NCBI GenBank assembly: GCA_000320545.1
Contig: ADNK01001154.1
Span: 43,504 to 107,503 of the forward strand
Source: Bigelowiella natans CCMP2755
Taxonomy: Eukaryota; Protista; Cercozoa
Reading direction: 5' to 3'
DNA: 64,000 bases
The translations under genes were made by a program, and so were the position numbers. Of this stretch, positions 27,441 through 41,171 are shown piece after piece. Under the pieces are notes generated by a model that was given only the letters and a program-made list of their open reading frames with translations, was not told where the DNA came from and made no database searches. Position 1 is the first letter of the stretch, and every line of letters begins with the position of its first letter.

Positions 27441-28222
27441 TATTAATATATGCATATATTAGGATGGCGTTATACTGTCCTTCCGCCCACGAAGAGGAAA
27501 ACTGAAGACCATCATGAAGGAGGAAAAACAGAAGAAGCAAGGAGCGAAAAGAAAGCGCGGCGAGAGCTCTGACTCAAAGATGTCTGGCGTGAACAAGTTG
27601 AACATGTCCCTCGAAGGCATTGCACAGGCTAGAAAGGAAGCTCAGAAGAAGGAAGCTCAGAAGAAGGAAGCCAAAGCTGCTAAGGGTCGCGGTGGCGGTG
27701 GCCGCGGCCGCGGCCGCAATGGTGGAGCGAAGGTAGCGACAGTATACTTTGTGCTAGTACGAGAATGGCGATCTAATTGTTCACATCCATTTCTAGGGTG
27801 GGCGAGGACAAGGCCGGGGTAAAGGTAAGGGCCAGAATCAAGCGGGAGGCGGAGGTGGTAAGAATAAGCGCTCTCAGAGCCAACCGCCTTCAAAACGCCG
27901 CAAGAGCATCGACGCAAAGAAAAATAATAACAATCAAAATTCCGGGAAAGGAAGGGGTGCAGGGAAAAAGGGCAGAGGGGGTCGGGGCCGAGGAGGAGGT
28001 GCTGGTGGAGGAAGAGGAGGAGGAAGGGGTGGAGGAAACAAAGGGCAGGGTGGTCAACGTCAGGGCCAGAAGAGGAAACGTAATCAAAACCAACAAAACC
28101 AGCAGCAGCAGCAGCAAAAACAAGGACGCGGTGGCCGTGGTGGCCGTGGTAGACGAAATGCGCAAGGACGGGGCAAGAATAATAAGCGGAAAGGGGGGCG
28201 TGGGCGAGGAAATAGAAACTAA
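24634..28222 (+). CDS. API5: Apoptosis inhibitor 5 (API5/AAC-11) homologue with long K/R/G-rich C-terminal tail
   Basis: MSADAFYEAY..EYLKII..IAKFAGHFPDLLDK / AIDALLDLCEDDSSAAIRMDAIRG..LTQLL matches the API5 N-terminal helical region. Many short exons; RGG-rich end to TAA 28220-28222. Confidence 0.85.
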
Positions 28223-29136
28223 AAAAGAACTGGAGTGTGCACTTCACTACAGTTAAAAGAAAAGCATACAGTATGCAGAAGGAAAAATGCAATGTTCATT
28301 ATAATATGTAGAACTTACTATGCACATATTGCTGGGATTCAAAACGCACCCCATGTTCATCTTTATATCTTGATTTGAGATGCACTTTAGGCAAAACGAT
28401 CTACTATGTGTGCAATCATGTAGGTCTAGCTAGCTAGAGGTGTCCAGGTTGCGCAAACGTGAATGTGTGTGCTGTTTACTCTTGCATGCGTGCGCTGCCA
28501 CGCTGCAAATAAGCACAACGTTGTCATCCTATGAATATAGTGTTATTAGGACGAAACGAAACGAACATCAGTAGAACAGAAAGAATTGCGCAACACGCAC
28601 AGCGCGTGCATGTAGCACGACACAGCTATCTGCTAGCTACCGCATTTTCATGTTTTCATGTTGCTGATAATGAAGGACAGCTAGACATGCACAACGGAGC
28701 TAGGGAAACAAACAATTCACACACAAAAAGCTAGTGAGCGCACGTGCGCGCATATAGCAGGCGCAGCTTTGCAGTTTGCTTCAGGCTTATTACTAACTAT
28801 CACATATACGATACACAAAGTTGGCAATTTGAGATAAAATTTCAACGCATTCATCACCTCAGATTACATCCGTCCGATGGCTTGCTCGCGGCGCTGTGCG
28901 TATATGTGTCTATAATATGTCAGTTTGTGCATGTGCAGGCAGGCGCACTAGCTAGCATATATGGCTAGTGTATAGCGCACCGCACACACTTCTAGACTTG
29001 TAATGACGCCACACATATTACTTTTTTTTTGTTATATTGTTTTTGCATATCCTGCCATATTCAGCGCATGCAGAACAGCGTATCATTAGCGAAACAAATA
29101 TAAATATATATATGAGACGGATGCAATGAACAATTA

Positions 29137-29175
<39 letters not shown>

Positions 29176-29265
29176 CGTTTACACTTGCAATGCAAGCAGC
29201 TATCAATCTAGTAATTTTGAGAATTATATCGCTCGCATGTGCCGATCCAGCGTTAGCAATGATGA

Positions 29266-30387
29266 TCACTCTGCTATCTTCTTGATTGCATCTTGTAGAG
29301 CGGCAGTGTAGTGTGCAATTGCCTTGACTAATTTCTCGTCGCCCTTCTTCCTTGCACTAACTTCTTCAGTAATTAGGGATTGAAGATACTCTCTAGCTTC
29401 AGCAATATTCTCTGTTAAATTCTTCTGTCCCTTTGCTCTCACCTTTTCTTCCGATGCTAGGGTTTCAGAAATCTGGGTTTCATTTTTCTCACGGGTGTCC
29501 TTCTCGTCTTTAAGCTGATGCACGACCATAAAATGTTACGAATTCATGCACAAGATGTCTAGATGTATATCATGCATGCAATCAATACCTGATTTACAAG
29601 TGTACGCTCCTGCTCTTTGAGCTTCAACATTACCTGATGGTAGAAGACGTTTTAACGAGGCGATAGAAGTGTTGTGAATTATGCAATGTACCTTTTCCCG
29701 GTCCTCGCTAATACCTTCCATTGCCTCGTCAAACTTGCGCTTAAAGTCATCGAGTTTGACATTGAGATCTGCAGTGGATGTTTTCAATGCCTCGTGGACA
29801 GCTTTCACATCCTCTGCCTCCTTTTTAGCTAACCTGGTTACGTTTTTATTTTTGCTGTCAGAATCATACCGTCATCTTTATGTCATATTTGTCATTATAC
29901 CGGTCAATCTGTTCTTGAAGCTGGTCACATCTTGCATTTACTTTCACAAATTTCTCATTCATAGGATCGACGATGGATTTATGGAATTTCTGTATATTTA
30001 AATATAAGAATCTGGTTCAAGTTGTGTGTGAATCTTCACTCACCTCAAAACGGTCCTCTAACCAAGCTTTCAAGGCTGCCATAGAGGCCTTATTATTTTT
30101 GCTTTCCAATTTGAGAGAATGGTCCGTTGCCGTAATTTGCCGTTGAACATATTCAAATCGTTTGTTTAGCTGAATAATAAATGTGTATATGTGTAAGCGA
30201 TGTTTCAAATCTCATGAAAGCACTAGACCCAGAAATTAATACGACGAGAGGTTTCCGTATATCATTGCTGATTTACCTCCTCGATTTTTCGCGTTTGCTC
30301 TGCATCGAGCGAGTCTTGGAACCCTTCGAATCTGTTCGCGAGTATATCTAGATTCCCAGACACGGGGTCTTTCTTTTCAGTTGACAT
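29266..30387 (-). CDS. SF-assemblin / beta-giardin family striated-fibre coiled-coil protein
   Basis: LANRFEGFQDSLDAEQTRK, coiled-coil exons and C-terminal EEVSARKKGDEKLVKAIAHYTAALQDAIKKI, typical of SF-assemblin. Confidence 0.85.
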
Positions 30388-31105
30388 TTTGATTATGGAC
30401 CTCCCTGTAATATTGTATTGAATATTTTTCACTTGAAAATTCAAACAAACGGACGCCTCCCACTGGGGACTATTCCACTGCAATACGGTTATAATCCCTT
30501 CATCCGATCGTTTCCCCAAATTAAATGAAAACTGACGGCATCTACCAGAAAGAATCCAGCAAGGACAAAAGCCACGAGAAGAGTGTGAGGTTGGGGGGCG
30601 GAAACGTTGAGGAAAACCAACTCAATTTTGAAGAGCAGTGTGTGAAAATCCACTGCGTCATCACATTATTTGAGTCGTACCTTTGGAATCTAAGCGTATC
30701 TGTTCAAAAAAAATCACGGTGAAGATTGAAAGGAGAAATGATGGAAGTTTGGAGTTGCGATGTTCTTTTTCACCTTTCTCGGCAAACTGCCGAATTCCGC
30801 ATTTCATCACATTTGAGCCGAAAGACCCGTTTTCTATGATGAAAATGGCCTGCGTTTGCGTTCATTTCTGTCGCTAGTAGGGTATTATGAAGCCACGTGC
30901 ACCTGCGCACACCACAAACCAGCAACTCGATGCTCACGAACAACTCTCCCTTGGTACCTCGCCCCACCAAGAACGTGTTTTTGTGTAGCGACTTCTACGA
31001 TTCTTTTTTTGCCGGAGAACATAAACATTCAAATCTCGCGGAGGTGGCGGCATAGTGTGGAGCTCTGCTTACGTTCGCCCGATTTTGTTTGGATTCGTTG
31101 TTTTT

Positions 31106-32972
31106 ATGCAGACTCGAAGCTCAGCTAAGAGACGCCATTCACTGGTCGTAGCTTGCGTGGTAAACTGATACGTATTTCCCAGTCGTGTATAACTCTTGAA
31201 CCAATAGAAAATTGATAACGTTGGCACAATTCAGTTGGCTTTGGGACTAGTGCTTGGCTTCGTCACCCTGTCTCAGCAGCCACATTTTCGTTCGGTTGGA
31301 AGTAGCTTAACTACCCGTAGCAACGCTATGGCACCAGCCATGCAACCTGCAAGTATCAACCAAAGGAAGACTAAAGTTTGTGCAGTCGTTATGGGAGCTG
31401 GAGAGGGTGGACGCAAAATCATCATCAGGTGCATCATTCGGGACGTCCTGGGTTGAATATGGGATATTTACTGTGTATCTACGATTAAGATATCTCATAA
31501 GTTCTAAACTATTTTAACATCCGATAGCGGTGCCCCAGCATCGGGAAAGGGAACACAATGTCAATTGCTTGTGGAGAAGTATGGTGTTAAACACATCAGC
31601 ACAGGGGATGCTCTCCGTGCCCATGTGCGCAATCAGGTAGGTATAAATGATCATATAATTGGCAGTGCCCATGATAATCATAATTTTCCACGTGACAGTC
31701 TGAGCTTGGAAAGCAAGCAAAAGCTTTTATGGATGCAGGGGATCTGGTTATATCATAATTTGTATGGCAAAATATACATTAAACTGATCTATAACATTTT
31801 TTAAAATAGGTTCCTGATGAGCTAATCATGAAAATTATGCGAGAAGAGACTCTGGGAGGTTTTTAGACATATGATAACATAATTCCAACACTCATGAATA
31901 ATTCTTTTTAGATGATAGTAAAAATGGCTGGCTGCTCGACGGTGTGCCTCGTACTGGTGAACAAGTTAAGTCTCTTGAGGAGGTACTTTTCGCCAGAAGA
32001 ATGACACTCCTTACATCGAAATTAACAATTGGAGGAGCATACGGTGACGTATTAGTATGGACTTGACTGTAGCTATGTCGTTTTAAAGGCCGGATTGGTA
32101 CCTGAAGCTGTTATCCTGTTAGAAGTTCCAGATGAGGTGAGGATGGGGTAGCTACGACTTGCGAATAGAGAATTTCCAGTAAATAGCAGCTTGTAAACGT
32201 CCTGTCAAGCAGAAGAGAAAATTGAAATCTAATTAATTTCATGCCGATCAGGTTCTTGTTGAACGATGCGTCGGAAGGCTTTTCGATCCAGAAACAGGTG
32301 CGTTACACACCGTATATTATCTCACCATTTTGATGGAAGTCCTCCTCACATAAACTTTAAGGCAGTTAATTAGTTGTGGTATTGATATTATCTTTGAATT
32401 GGGACAGGAAACACGTACCACCGCAAGTTTTTCCCTCCTCCATCCGATATTGCGGATAGATGCATTACAAGGTGAAGCTTTCCTGCCGAGTTGTTTTGAG
32501 TACATGAAGAGATGGAATCCACGATCTCCCCCTAATTTTTAAACATTTATACTATCTGACCATGATATAATGTCTTTTTCTTCATTCTAGTTCTGTATAA
32601 TTTTGGCTCCTTTCACCAAGGAAGAAATTTGCTTCGAAAATAATCTAAAATGAATGGCAGGTCCGATGATAATGAAGAGACTATGAGAAACCGAATATCC
32701 CAGTTCAAGAAGAATAGGCAAAGTTTAATTGACGGGTAACAAGAAAACGAATGATAACGATCATGGTCGATACGAATAATGATGAAAACATGCAGTGCTA
32801 ATAATAAACAATTCTTATCCAGCTACACGAATCAAATTATTTCCATCGATGGAAACAGGGATAAAAATGCAATATTCAAGGTAAAAAGCTTCTTTGAATT
32901 TCCTCACCTTGCTTATTCAATGCTAATAACTAGGACATCTGCGAAGCGCTCGACAGCAAACATGCAGCATAA
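31106..32972 (+). CDS. adk: Adenylate kinase, plastid-type with bipartite targeting leader
   Basis: Leader ([14 protein letters not shown] plus transit-like segment), P-loop [49 protein letters not shown]. Confidence 0.92.
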
Positions 32973-33360
32973 AGTTAAATTATTTTTGCTTTCAGCACAC
33001 ATTGCCATGATCGGTAGATGTGATGATGGTGAAGCAAATACATCATTTGTATTTAATTGTCATACTAGCAATGCACGGTCATCATTGACATCTTTGGATT
33101 GATGAAAATCGTCGCGCAATGTGCACCGAAATCATCATGATTTGTGTGCATGCGCACGGATCGGTTTTGCCATGCCCCCATTGTGAGACATTGCAACATC
33201 CTCACACTGACGGCATCATTCACCCGTACACAACGATTGATGATAGACTATAAGACATGCAATACACTATGTACATAATATATCACTATATGTATAACAT
33301 GTATTGTGTATTGCTGTGTCTATCACATTGTGTGCACATGCATGTCTAGCGACAGCGATA

Positions 33361-33400
<40 letters not shown>

Positions 33401-34380
33401 GAGTGCGGGCACAGGCGCGTCGCTGTGCGTGCGTCCGCTAGCTAGCTCCAGAGCTAACTAGCGTGCTAGCGTGTTCACAAGCGTGGATGGAATGGATGTG
33501 CACGATGAAGTGATTCAAATTGTTTGCTACATCTAAGCTTGTGCTATATGTGTGAATGAATGAGTGAATGAAGAAGTTCCAGGGCTTGATGCGATGATGC
33601 GAAAGGATCATCATGCCGCCAGCATGTTCCTGATGGGACGATGAGCGCACAATCTAGCAGTGTGATTGTGTGTCATGAATGACTGAAAGAACGAAACGAT
33701 TCAACAGATGCGGTTGAAAGGATCTTCAGTCACGCTGACTGGGGTTTGTTTCACATCATGTGATCAGTCTGCTACGCTAGTACGGCACTGGACGGATGAC
33801 CTGGCAGGCTAGCAGGGCACGATGGCCTTGCAACCGAGGTGATCTGGTCGATGCTCTGAAGCATCATGTCGTAGCATGAAAAATCTCGAAAAAATCATCG
33901 CGATGTTCGGGAGTACCGGGACTAACACAACTGTTCAAACATTCACAAGATCTTCCTCATTTTCATGTCGTCAAAGTAAAACCCTGTACAAAGTATGAAG
34001 TGTCACACAGTGAAGTAAAATGTGAAGGTCTGAATCTTGTCCAGTTCTGGAGATTCTCAGATACTGCAACCTAAATCCCTCTGGTTGGTGCATTGGGACA
34101 TTTAAAGACGCGAAACTCATGAACCAAATGTAGATTCTATAGGATTTTCATCTGCTTCAGGTGCTTTTAGATGTCGTTCTTGGTAGATGGATCCTATTTT
34201 CCGTCATTCCTTTGTCGCGGCGTAAGTTGAAAGCCCTGAACTCGCTGTGAAGGGACGAACAGCTTACAAACAAACTTACTTGCGCGGGGCCAGGCCGCCC
34301 TTCGATTTCTTGGTTTGCTTTTCTTTATTCATACTGTGAAACGTGACGTAACAATCTGGATCGATTTTAGGTGAGAGAGG

Positions 34381-35618
34381 ATGACAAGTTCCTCCTACAA
34401 GAGTGATCTCGACAGGCAAATCGAGCAGCTGCGGGAATGTAAATATATGAAGGAAGCAGATGTCAAAACTCTATGCTCCAAGGCCAGAGAGATTTTAATG
34501 GAGGAAGGAAACGTCCAGAGAGTCAATACACCCGTCACAATTTGTGGGGATATCCATGGTCAATTCTATGACCTGATGGAGCTATTTAAAGTAGGGGGCG
34601 ACTGCCCAGATACGAACTATCTCTTCCTCGGAGACTTCGTAGATCGAGGTTACTACAGTGTTGAAACCTTCCTTCTTCTTCTCGCGCTTAAAGTTCGCTA
34701 TCCTGATCGGATAACTCTGATCCGGGGGAATCACGAGAGCAGGCAAATTACACAAGTCTATGGATTCTATGACGAGTGCCTGAGAAAATACGGATCGTAA
34801 GTGACTGTACATTATAAGGCATTATCATTCACAGCGTTCTCACATGTCGTTTTCCTTAGGGTGAACGTATGGCGATACTGCACAGAAATCTTCGACTACC
34901 TAAGCCTTGCAGCTCTGATTGAAGATAGTATTTTGTGTGTGCACGGCGGTCTGTCACCAACAATTACGACCCTAGATCAGATCAGGGGGCTCAACCGCAA
35001 ACAGGAAGTACCGCATGATGGCGCTATGTGTGACCTCCTTTGGTCTGATCCAGAAGAGATCGAAGGTTGGGGACTTAGCCCACGCGGGGCAGGCTTCCTG
35101 TTCGGGGGAAATGTTGCGAAACAGGTGAGGGAGATAACCTAGAATGGGACAGTCAGTCGTAGATCTTCAGATTGATTCTGAACCTACAAACGTTGATTAG
35201 TTACACACATGCGCGTCATGATTATCGCTGATAAACCTAACAGACAAGTAGTAGCATTGCTATTTCGAGAAAGTACTCGTTTTGGAAGTCTATTTTTGCG
35301 GTTCATTCCTGGAAAGTACTGACACAGTGCCTATTGTTCTGCTTTGTGCGCCATACTTTCCAGTTTAATCGGCAGAATAAATTGACGTTGATATGCCGGG
35401 CCCACCAACTTGTGATGGAGGGTTATAAATACATGTTCGAAGACAATGCTCTTGTGACAGTATGGTCAGCACCGAACTACTGTTATCGATGCGGTAATGT
35501 AGCTGCTATACTCGAGCTTGACGAGAACAAGGATGCAAGTTTCAAGAAGTTTGATGCGGCCCCACAAAGCGCTCGTGACATTCCAGCTCGAAAACCTGCA
35601 CCGAACTACTTTCTTTAG
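34381..35618 (+). CDS. PPP4C: Serine/threonine protein phosphatase 4 catalytic subunit (3 exons)
   Basis: [11 protein letters not shown]-terminus, [34 protein letters not shown] and C-terminal YFL. Introns about 34797-34859 and 35125-35363. Confidence 0.95.
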
Positions 35619-35907
35619 TAAAAATAATCATTTCCACTACTATGACCCTCCTGTGCACTCGAACGTTGTCCCTAGTATATACGTGTAAAATACGCATCTC
35701 TTATCTTGAAAAACCCAAAAGGCATTGTCTCATGATGGCAATTTAATCGTACGATAAGTTGTTATTCGTAATGCTGCGCTATTAATGCGATACGATACGA
35801 TGGCGGCGCGTTTGCCGGCCCAGCAACAAAACTAAAAATGACGAGCTACGCTACATCTAGACATGTCGCCCCGGAATCACAGAATAAAATTAAATTCAGA
35901 TTTATTT

Positions 35908-36550
35908 ATGAGACGGATGTAATGATTAATTACAAATCAATGATTCAGAATTTATTTGTGTTTCGGTAATTCAGGCTCAAGTATACTAGAGGATAAGAGG
36001 TAATAATAACATTGGCATATGTTTAAGATTCAATCACTTTATTACATTCGTCTCATATCAAACTAGCTTAGCTATAGAGACGCAGCACGCCACTTTGTTA
36101 GCTTATGGACGCACACCCAGTCTGTCAATAGACCTGACGACACGCTATGCTATACGCATACCGATGCGAAAGCACATATACATGTTTTTGTACAATATAG
36201 AATATCATACATACTGTGTCTATAGTTTGTGGACATTCTAGCATTTCCGCTGCGACACATTTTGCATTCTCATGCATTTTTAGAAGGTTATCATAGCAGA
36301 AACAAGAATAACTACAATTTCAGCGCTGTCGTAGCCACAGCTTTGCATAGCTATCTAGCTATGTTATGATGATGATTAAAGAAGATTAACATGTTAATTA
36401 CATCCGTCTCATGTGTTACATATTTTCAAATGCATGAAGCTCATAATTATGGAGACAAACAAATACAACATGCCGCTGTATTGCATATCTACATTAGGAT
36501 GACCATTAGAAATTTTTAATCACTTCATTACATCCATCTCATATGTTACA
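35908..36550. repeat. Cluster of ATTACATCCGTCTCAT-motif repeats, including a perfect 15-bp inverted pair
   Basis: ATGAGACGGATGTAA at 35908-35922 and TTACATCCGTCTCAT at 36398-36412; variants at about 36041 and 36527. Confidence 0.7.
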
Positions 36551-36642
36551 GACGAGCATACGCTAATAAATTCTGAAATATTAGGCTACTCTAGCGCTAT
36601 CTAGCTATGCGCGACGTGCACTCGACTGGTCGACTGGGTGCT

Positions 36643-36711
<69 letters not shown>

Positions 36712-36815
36712 GATGTGCCATAGCGTTGCCCACGACGCACCGCACATACAACGTTGTCTATGTTACTAAGTGTACATGGCGAACAGTACTTATGGTACGA
36801 GACAGTCGGAAGCTT

Positions 36816-37273
36816 TTATTCATCGTCGTCGTCATCGATTTCAAGCTTCACTAGCCTCTGTATCCTCTTTTTCTTCAAATCACGCCGATGATCTTCTTCA
36901 GTATACGTCCTGGTGTATGTAGCACACATGCATCATCCCACACAGAATCATCGCAGAAACGAGTCTCTCTGATATTCCTGAATATACATTCCGTACCTCT
37001 TACTCATATTCATTGGTGGTTGTAGCACCCCCGCACTCGTAAACCCCTGAGATGAAGTGGTGCGTGCGCAAACGGACAAATCTATAAACCTTCTTGATGA
37101 CGAATGTATGTCGGATGTGGCGATCGTTATTACCGCAAATTCCACCGAGCCATCTGTGAGCTCCATCACCGTCCCGGTAGGAATAGAGTACCTAGTCGGC
37201 AGTGGCACCAGCAGCAAGGTATTAAATGAAAGGAGGATTCAATTGACTTAAAAAGGACATCCATTCACACACG

Positions 37274-37350
<77 letters not shown>

Positions 37351-38121
37351 TATAAATTGAAAGAGACATTCCTACGACGATCTTAAATTGTGAAGGTGTT
37401 GTTTAGATTACTCATCGTGCCCTTCGTCCTCGTCTGCTGCTGCAGCAGCAGCAGCAGCATGGCCTCCGTATGGTGTTTCGATACTGATATATTGAATACA
37501 AGGCAGGAGCAGGATGTATAAGGCCCTTGGCCTCGTAAATCGAAAGGACTATTACATTGATACATTCTAGCACGAATATTGAGCATGATTGCTCTCTTTC
37601 TCGTCACATATTTTATCGTACAGATGACAATAAGCAACCGTTACCCGGCTTGCCTCTTTGCTTCATCGAGGAGAATGTTGTTGCTGACGAAGGTAGAGAT
37701 GATTTATCGTACTCAAGCATTTTAAGAGTAACACATCCACACCCTCATTAAGGCATAATTGTGAAATATATAGATAAACAACTTTCCAACCCGTTACGCA
37801 CCGAATTTGTTCCTGAGTGCTAAGTCTTTGCTCCTTGGTGAGATCTTCGAGCTCCTTTCCAAAGAGGAGCCTCGAGGTCTTCCCAAGCATGCTGTTCTTG
37901 CCGGTCTTCATCGCATTCTCAAGCAGCCGAGAGCGAGTCTCCTTCTCCAGATCAAGATATCCTTTGTGCTTTCGCAGCTTGGCAAACACCAGAATTAGCG
38001 GGTAGTATTCCCACCTCTCCGAAAACAGTCGGCCTTCCTTGATGGATTGCGAGATCATCGCACTCAGTAACCGCTTTGCTTCCACCCACTCGAATGAGCC
38101 TCTGCTCTCCTCGTAGCATCG

Positions 38122-38160
<39 letters not shown>

Positions 38161-39038
38161 TTATCGTTGAAGCACATATTAAGCTGCGTGTTTTCGATTG
38201 TCGCAAAGGCGACGAAGATACATGCACACCGAAGGTCTCAAATTGTATTTTTTCTTCGCATCATTTACCGCATTACCTGCATGATCTGCCTCGTCGAATT
38301 CGCATCGCGCAATAAGCTCTTCAAGCACCTGAAGTGAGTTGCGAGCACAGAACACACACACACACAAACCTGCCGCACAAAAGCAAAGACGAATATACTG
38401 TTACAAAAAGCATCCCTTTATTTGTCTTATACTTACCTCCACGAATTCCCACAGTGATGGTGGCCATCGGATAGGGTGCACACCAACCCCCTCCCAGGTC
38501 TCTCTCTGGAGGAGGAGAATAATAATAATAATAATAATAATAATAGTAAGGAGGAGGAGGAGGAGGAGGAGGAGGGGCGGAGTAATTTGGTCGTCCTATC
38601 ACAACTGTTTGCGATTTGTTTCGTCTCCCCAACAAATCAGTGAGAGAGATGATGTGGATGGCGGCGGTGCGGTCAGAACAGATGATGAGTATACCTTCCA
38701 GTCGATCTTGCCAACCCCTGTCTTCGTGTTTCTGGTTGCGAGTTCTTCTATAGAGCCCCCCTCCCTTTCCTTATCTCTCCTCTCTTCCTCCTCCTTCTGC
38801 TTGTGAAACTCCAGTCTATAAGCCTAACCGATATAGAAGCAAAATCGATGATGTGCACTGCTATGTTACGATCGGGTTGCTGTTATTATTCGTGTTGATG
38901 CTGGCGGGGGGGGGAGTAGTAGCGGTAGCAGAAGAAGAAGAAGAAGAAGAAGAAGAAGAAGAAGATAACCCACAGTAACGAATAATAAGCTTTTAGATCT
39001 AGAGCCAATCTGCAAACGAGTATGATTATACCCATTGA

Positions 39039-39106
<68 letters not shown>

Positions 39107-40200
39107 ACCCGCCGTACTCCGTCTACTACTTCCAACCCCAAAACAATATACCCATTCAAGATCCTCTTTCGTCTCTCGAGGAAGAAGCCATTTCCGAGGT
39201 GCCTCTGTTAAGATATAACTGTTCCAAGTACTACGTGGATTGACTGGATGATCCTGTTGCTCGCAGGACTGCCCTGCTTCAGGGTGAAGACCCTCTCCAT
39301 CTCCCCGCCCCTCCCCCATTCCATTCTGCTCAGGGCTGGGTGGCAGCGGCAACGAGGGGGCCCTTGTACCGAACCTGGCATACCTCATTGAGCGCAGCGT
39401 CTCCAGCTTTTGCAGCTGGGTATAGAATCAAGCAATCGAAGCAGGTGGGGCGATATGATAGAGGAGGAAGGAGGAAAAGAAGATCGCCATTGAGCAGATG
39501 GAGGGTGGACGTGAGTAACGGTGAGAAGGGGGGGACACAGGGAAGGGACGCTTGCACCATCAAAAAATAGCACACTTAGATTTCGCAATGGTTAAAGTCC
39601 TTGGCTTTGTGTGCACATACAAGGCGGTGATTCCATGTCTCAAGAAGGCATTTCGGCACTCATGATTAATGAATACGGCGAAGTAGATGTTGATACATTT
39701 GACTTCTCTCCCCTCAGCAGTGGCACCATCATCTAAATAGTGTAGCATACCTCCTCCCAAAAGAGTATGCCCGTTATGTTTGGGTCGAGAGCCGCGATCA
39801 GCTCTGCTTGGTCTCCTCCTACAATGCTGCAGAGCTCATCGATGGCGGCCCCACTTGGAGGCCAGCGATCCACGATTTGCTGATATCCTCGCTTCGACGT
39901 GGCGTTGCAGCACCTCTCCTCGTTCCCTCGATCTTCTGCGTGGGGTGATGGGGGAAAGAACTCAGCCATCCACTCTCTCCAAATTGATGATGCTTGCGTC
40001 TCCTCCGTGTAAGAGCTGCCGCCGTCTCTCTCCTCCCGGCCCTCTTTTTCCGATTGGAATCTCTCCAGCGCGTCGAAGTACTTCGTTGTCTAAGGATGAT
40101 GGTGATGATTCAAGAGAGTGCTGCTGAGTGCTGGCAGTACCAAAGAATTCAAATAGCAAAGCGACAGTATGCAGCGAATCTGCACACGTTACTACTACTA

Positions 40201-40253
<53 letters not shown>

Positions 40254-40732
40254 ACAGCTACAACTACTACCTCTTGAAAGTGTTTCTGGCGACCAAGTTC
40301 AAAATCCTCCGTCTGAGGATCGGTACTGACGATAGGGATGATGATGATGATGATTTCACAGCATTATTACTTGTTGTCGTCGTCGATAAATTATCGCAAG
40401 ACGTCAAGCTGCGCTCTTGTCACCTGTAAGCTGGATGGATTCCGCCATTCATTGAATGATCGCCGATCTCATGAAACGTGTGCACCGTGGTGACGTTCTC
40501 ACTGACGAAGCTGATGGTTTGCCGCTCACAGTCGAGGAATATCAGCAGCCCTCTTCCAGCCGCTGCACCCTGCAGCAGCAGTGATGGTGGGGGTCATGAT
40601 GATGATGATGATGATGGTGAGAAAGGCCGAAGAGAGATTGTAGATTAGTGATCGGACTACTACTCGCCTATTTTCATTTTAGATAAACGTACACCTTGTC
40701 GTGTACGCGTACGGACGTGGCGGCAATGGCAG

Positions 40733-40781
<49 letters not shown>

Positions 40782-40811
40782 CTCTCGCTCTCTCCCCCTC
40801 TCTCTCCTTGT

Positions 40812-40852
<41 letters not shown>

Positions 40853-41131
40853 TGACTCAATCCCCTCCCCCCCCCCTGGCAGCGTACATATTTCGGGTGA
40901 TCCTTTCCAAGGCCAAGAACAACGTCACAGTTCTCATTAGCATCGATAGAGGCAGCGTCCTGATCTTGATGCAATGACATATGCTGGGTGTACCTGTCGT
41001 TGAGGTCATCCAAAGGATCGTGCGGTATGATTATGAAGTCGAGGCCCATAAGATCCATGCTAACAGCGAATCCGCAGCCATCCGACCCCAGGCTGACGGT
41101 GTCCACGAATCCCTGTTCATAATATGTATTT

Positions 41132-41171
<40 letters not shown>

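Noticed and set aside
40169-40977. ORFs with poly-C/Y, HTHT, RERE, LSLS or YIYI runs here and throughout the window
   Set aside because: Translations of intronic microsatellites, not proteins.
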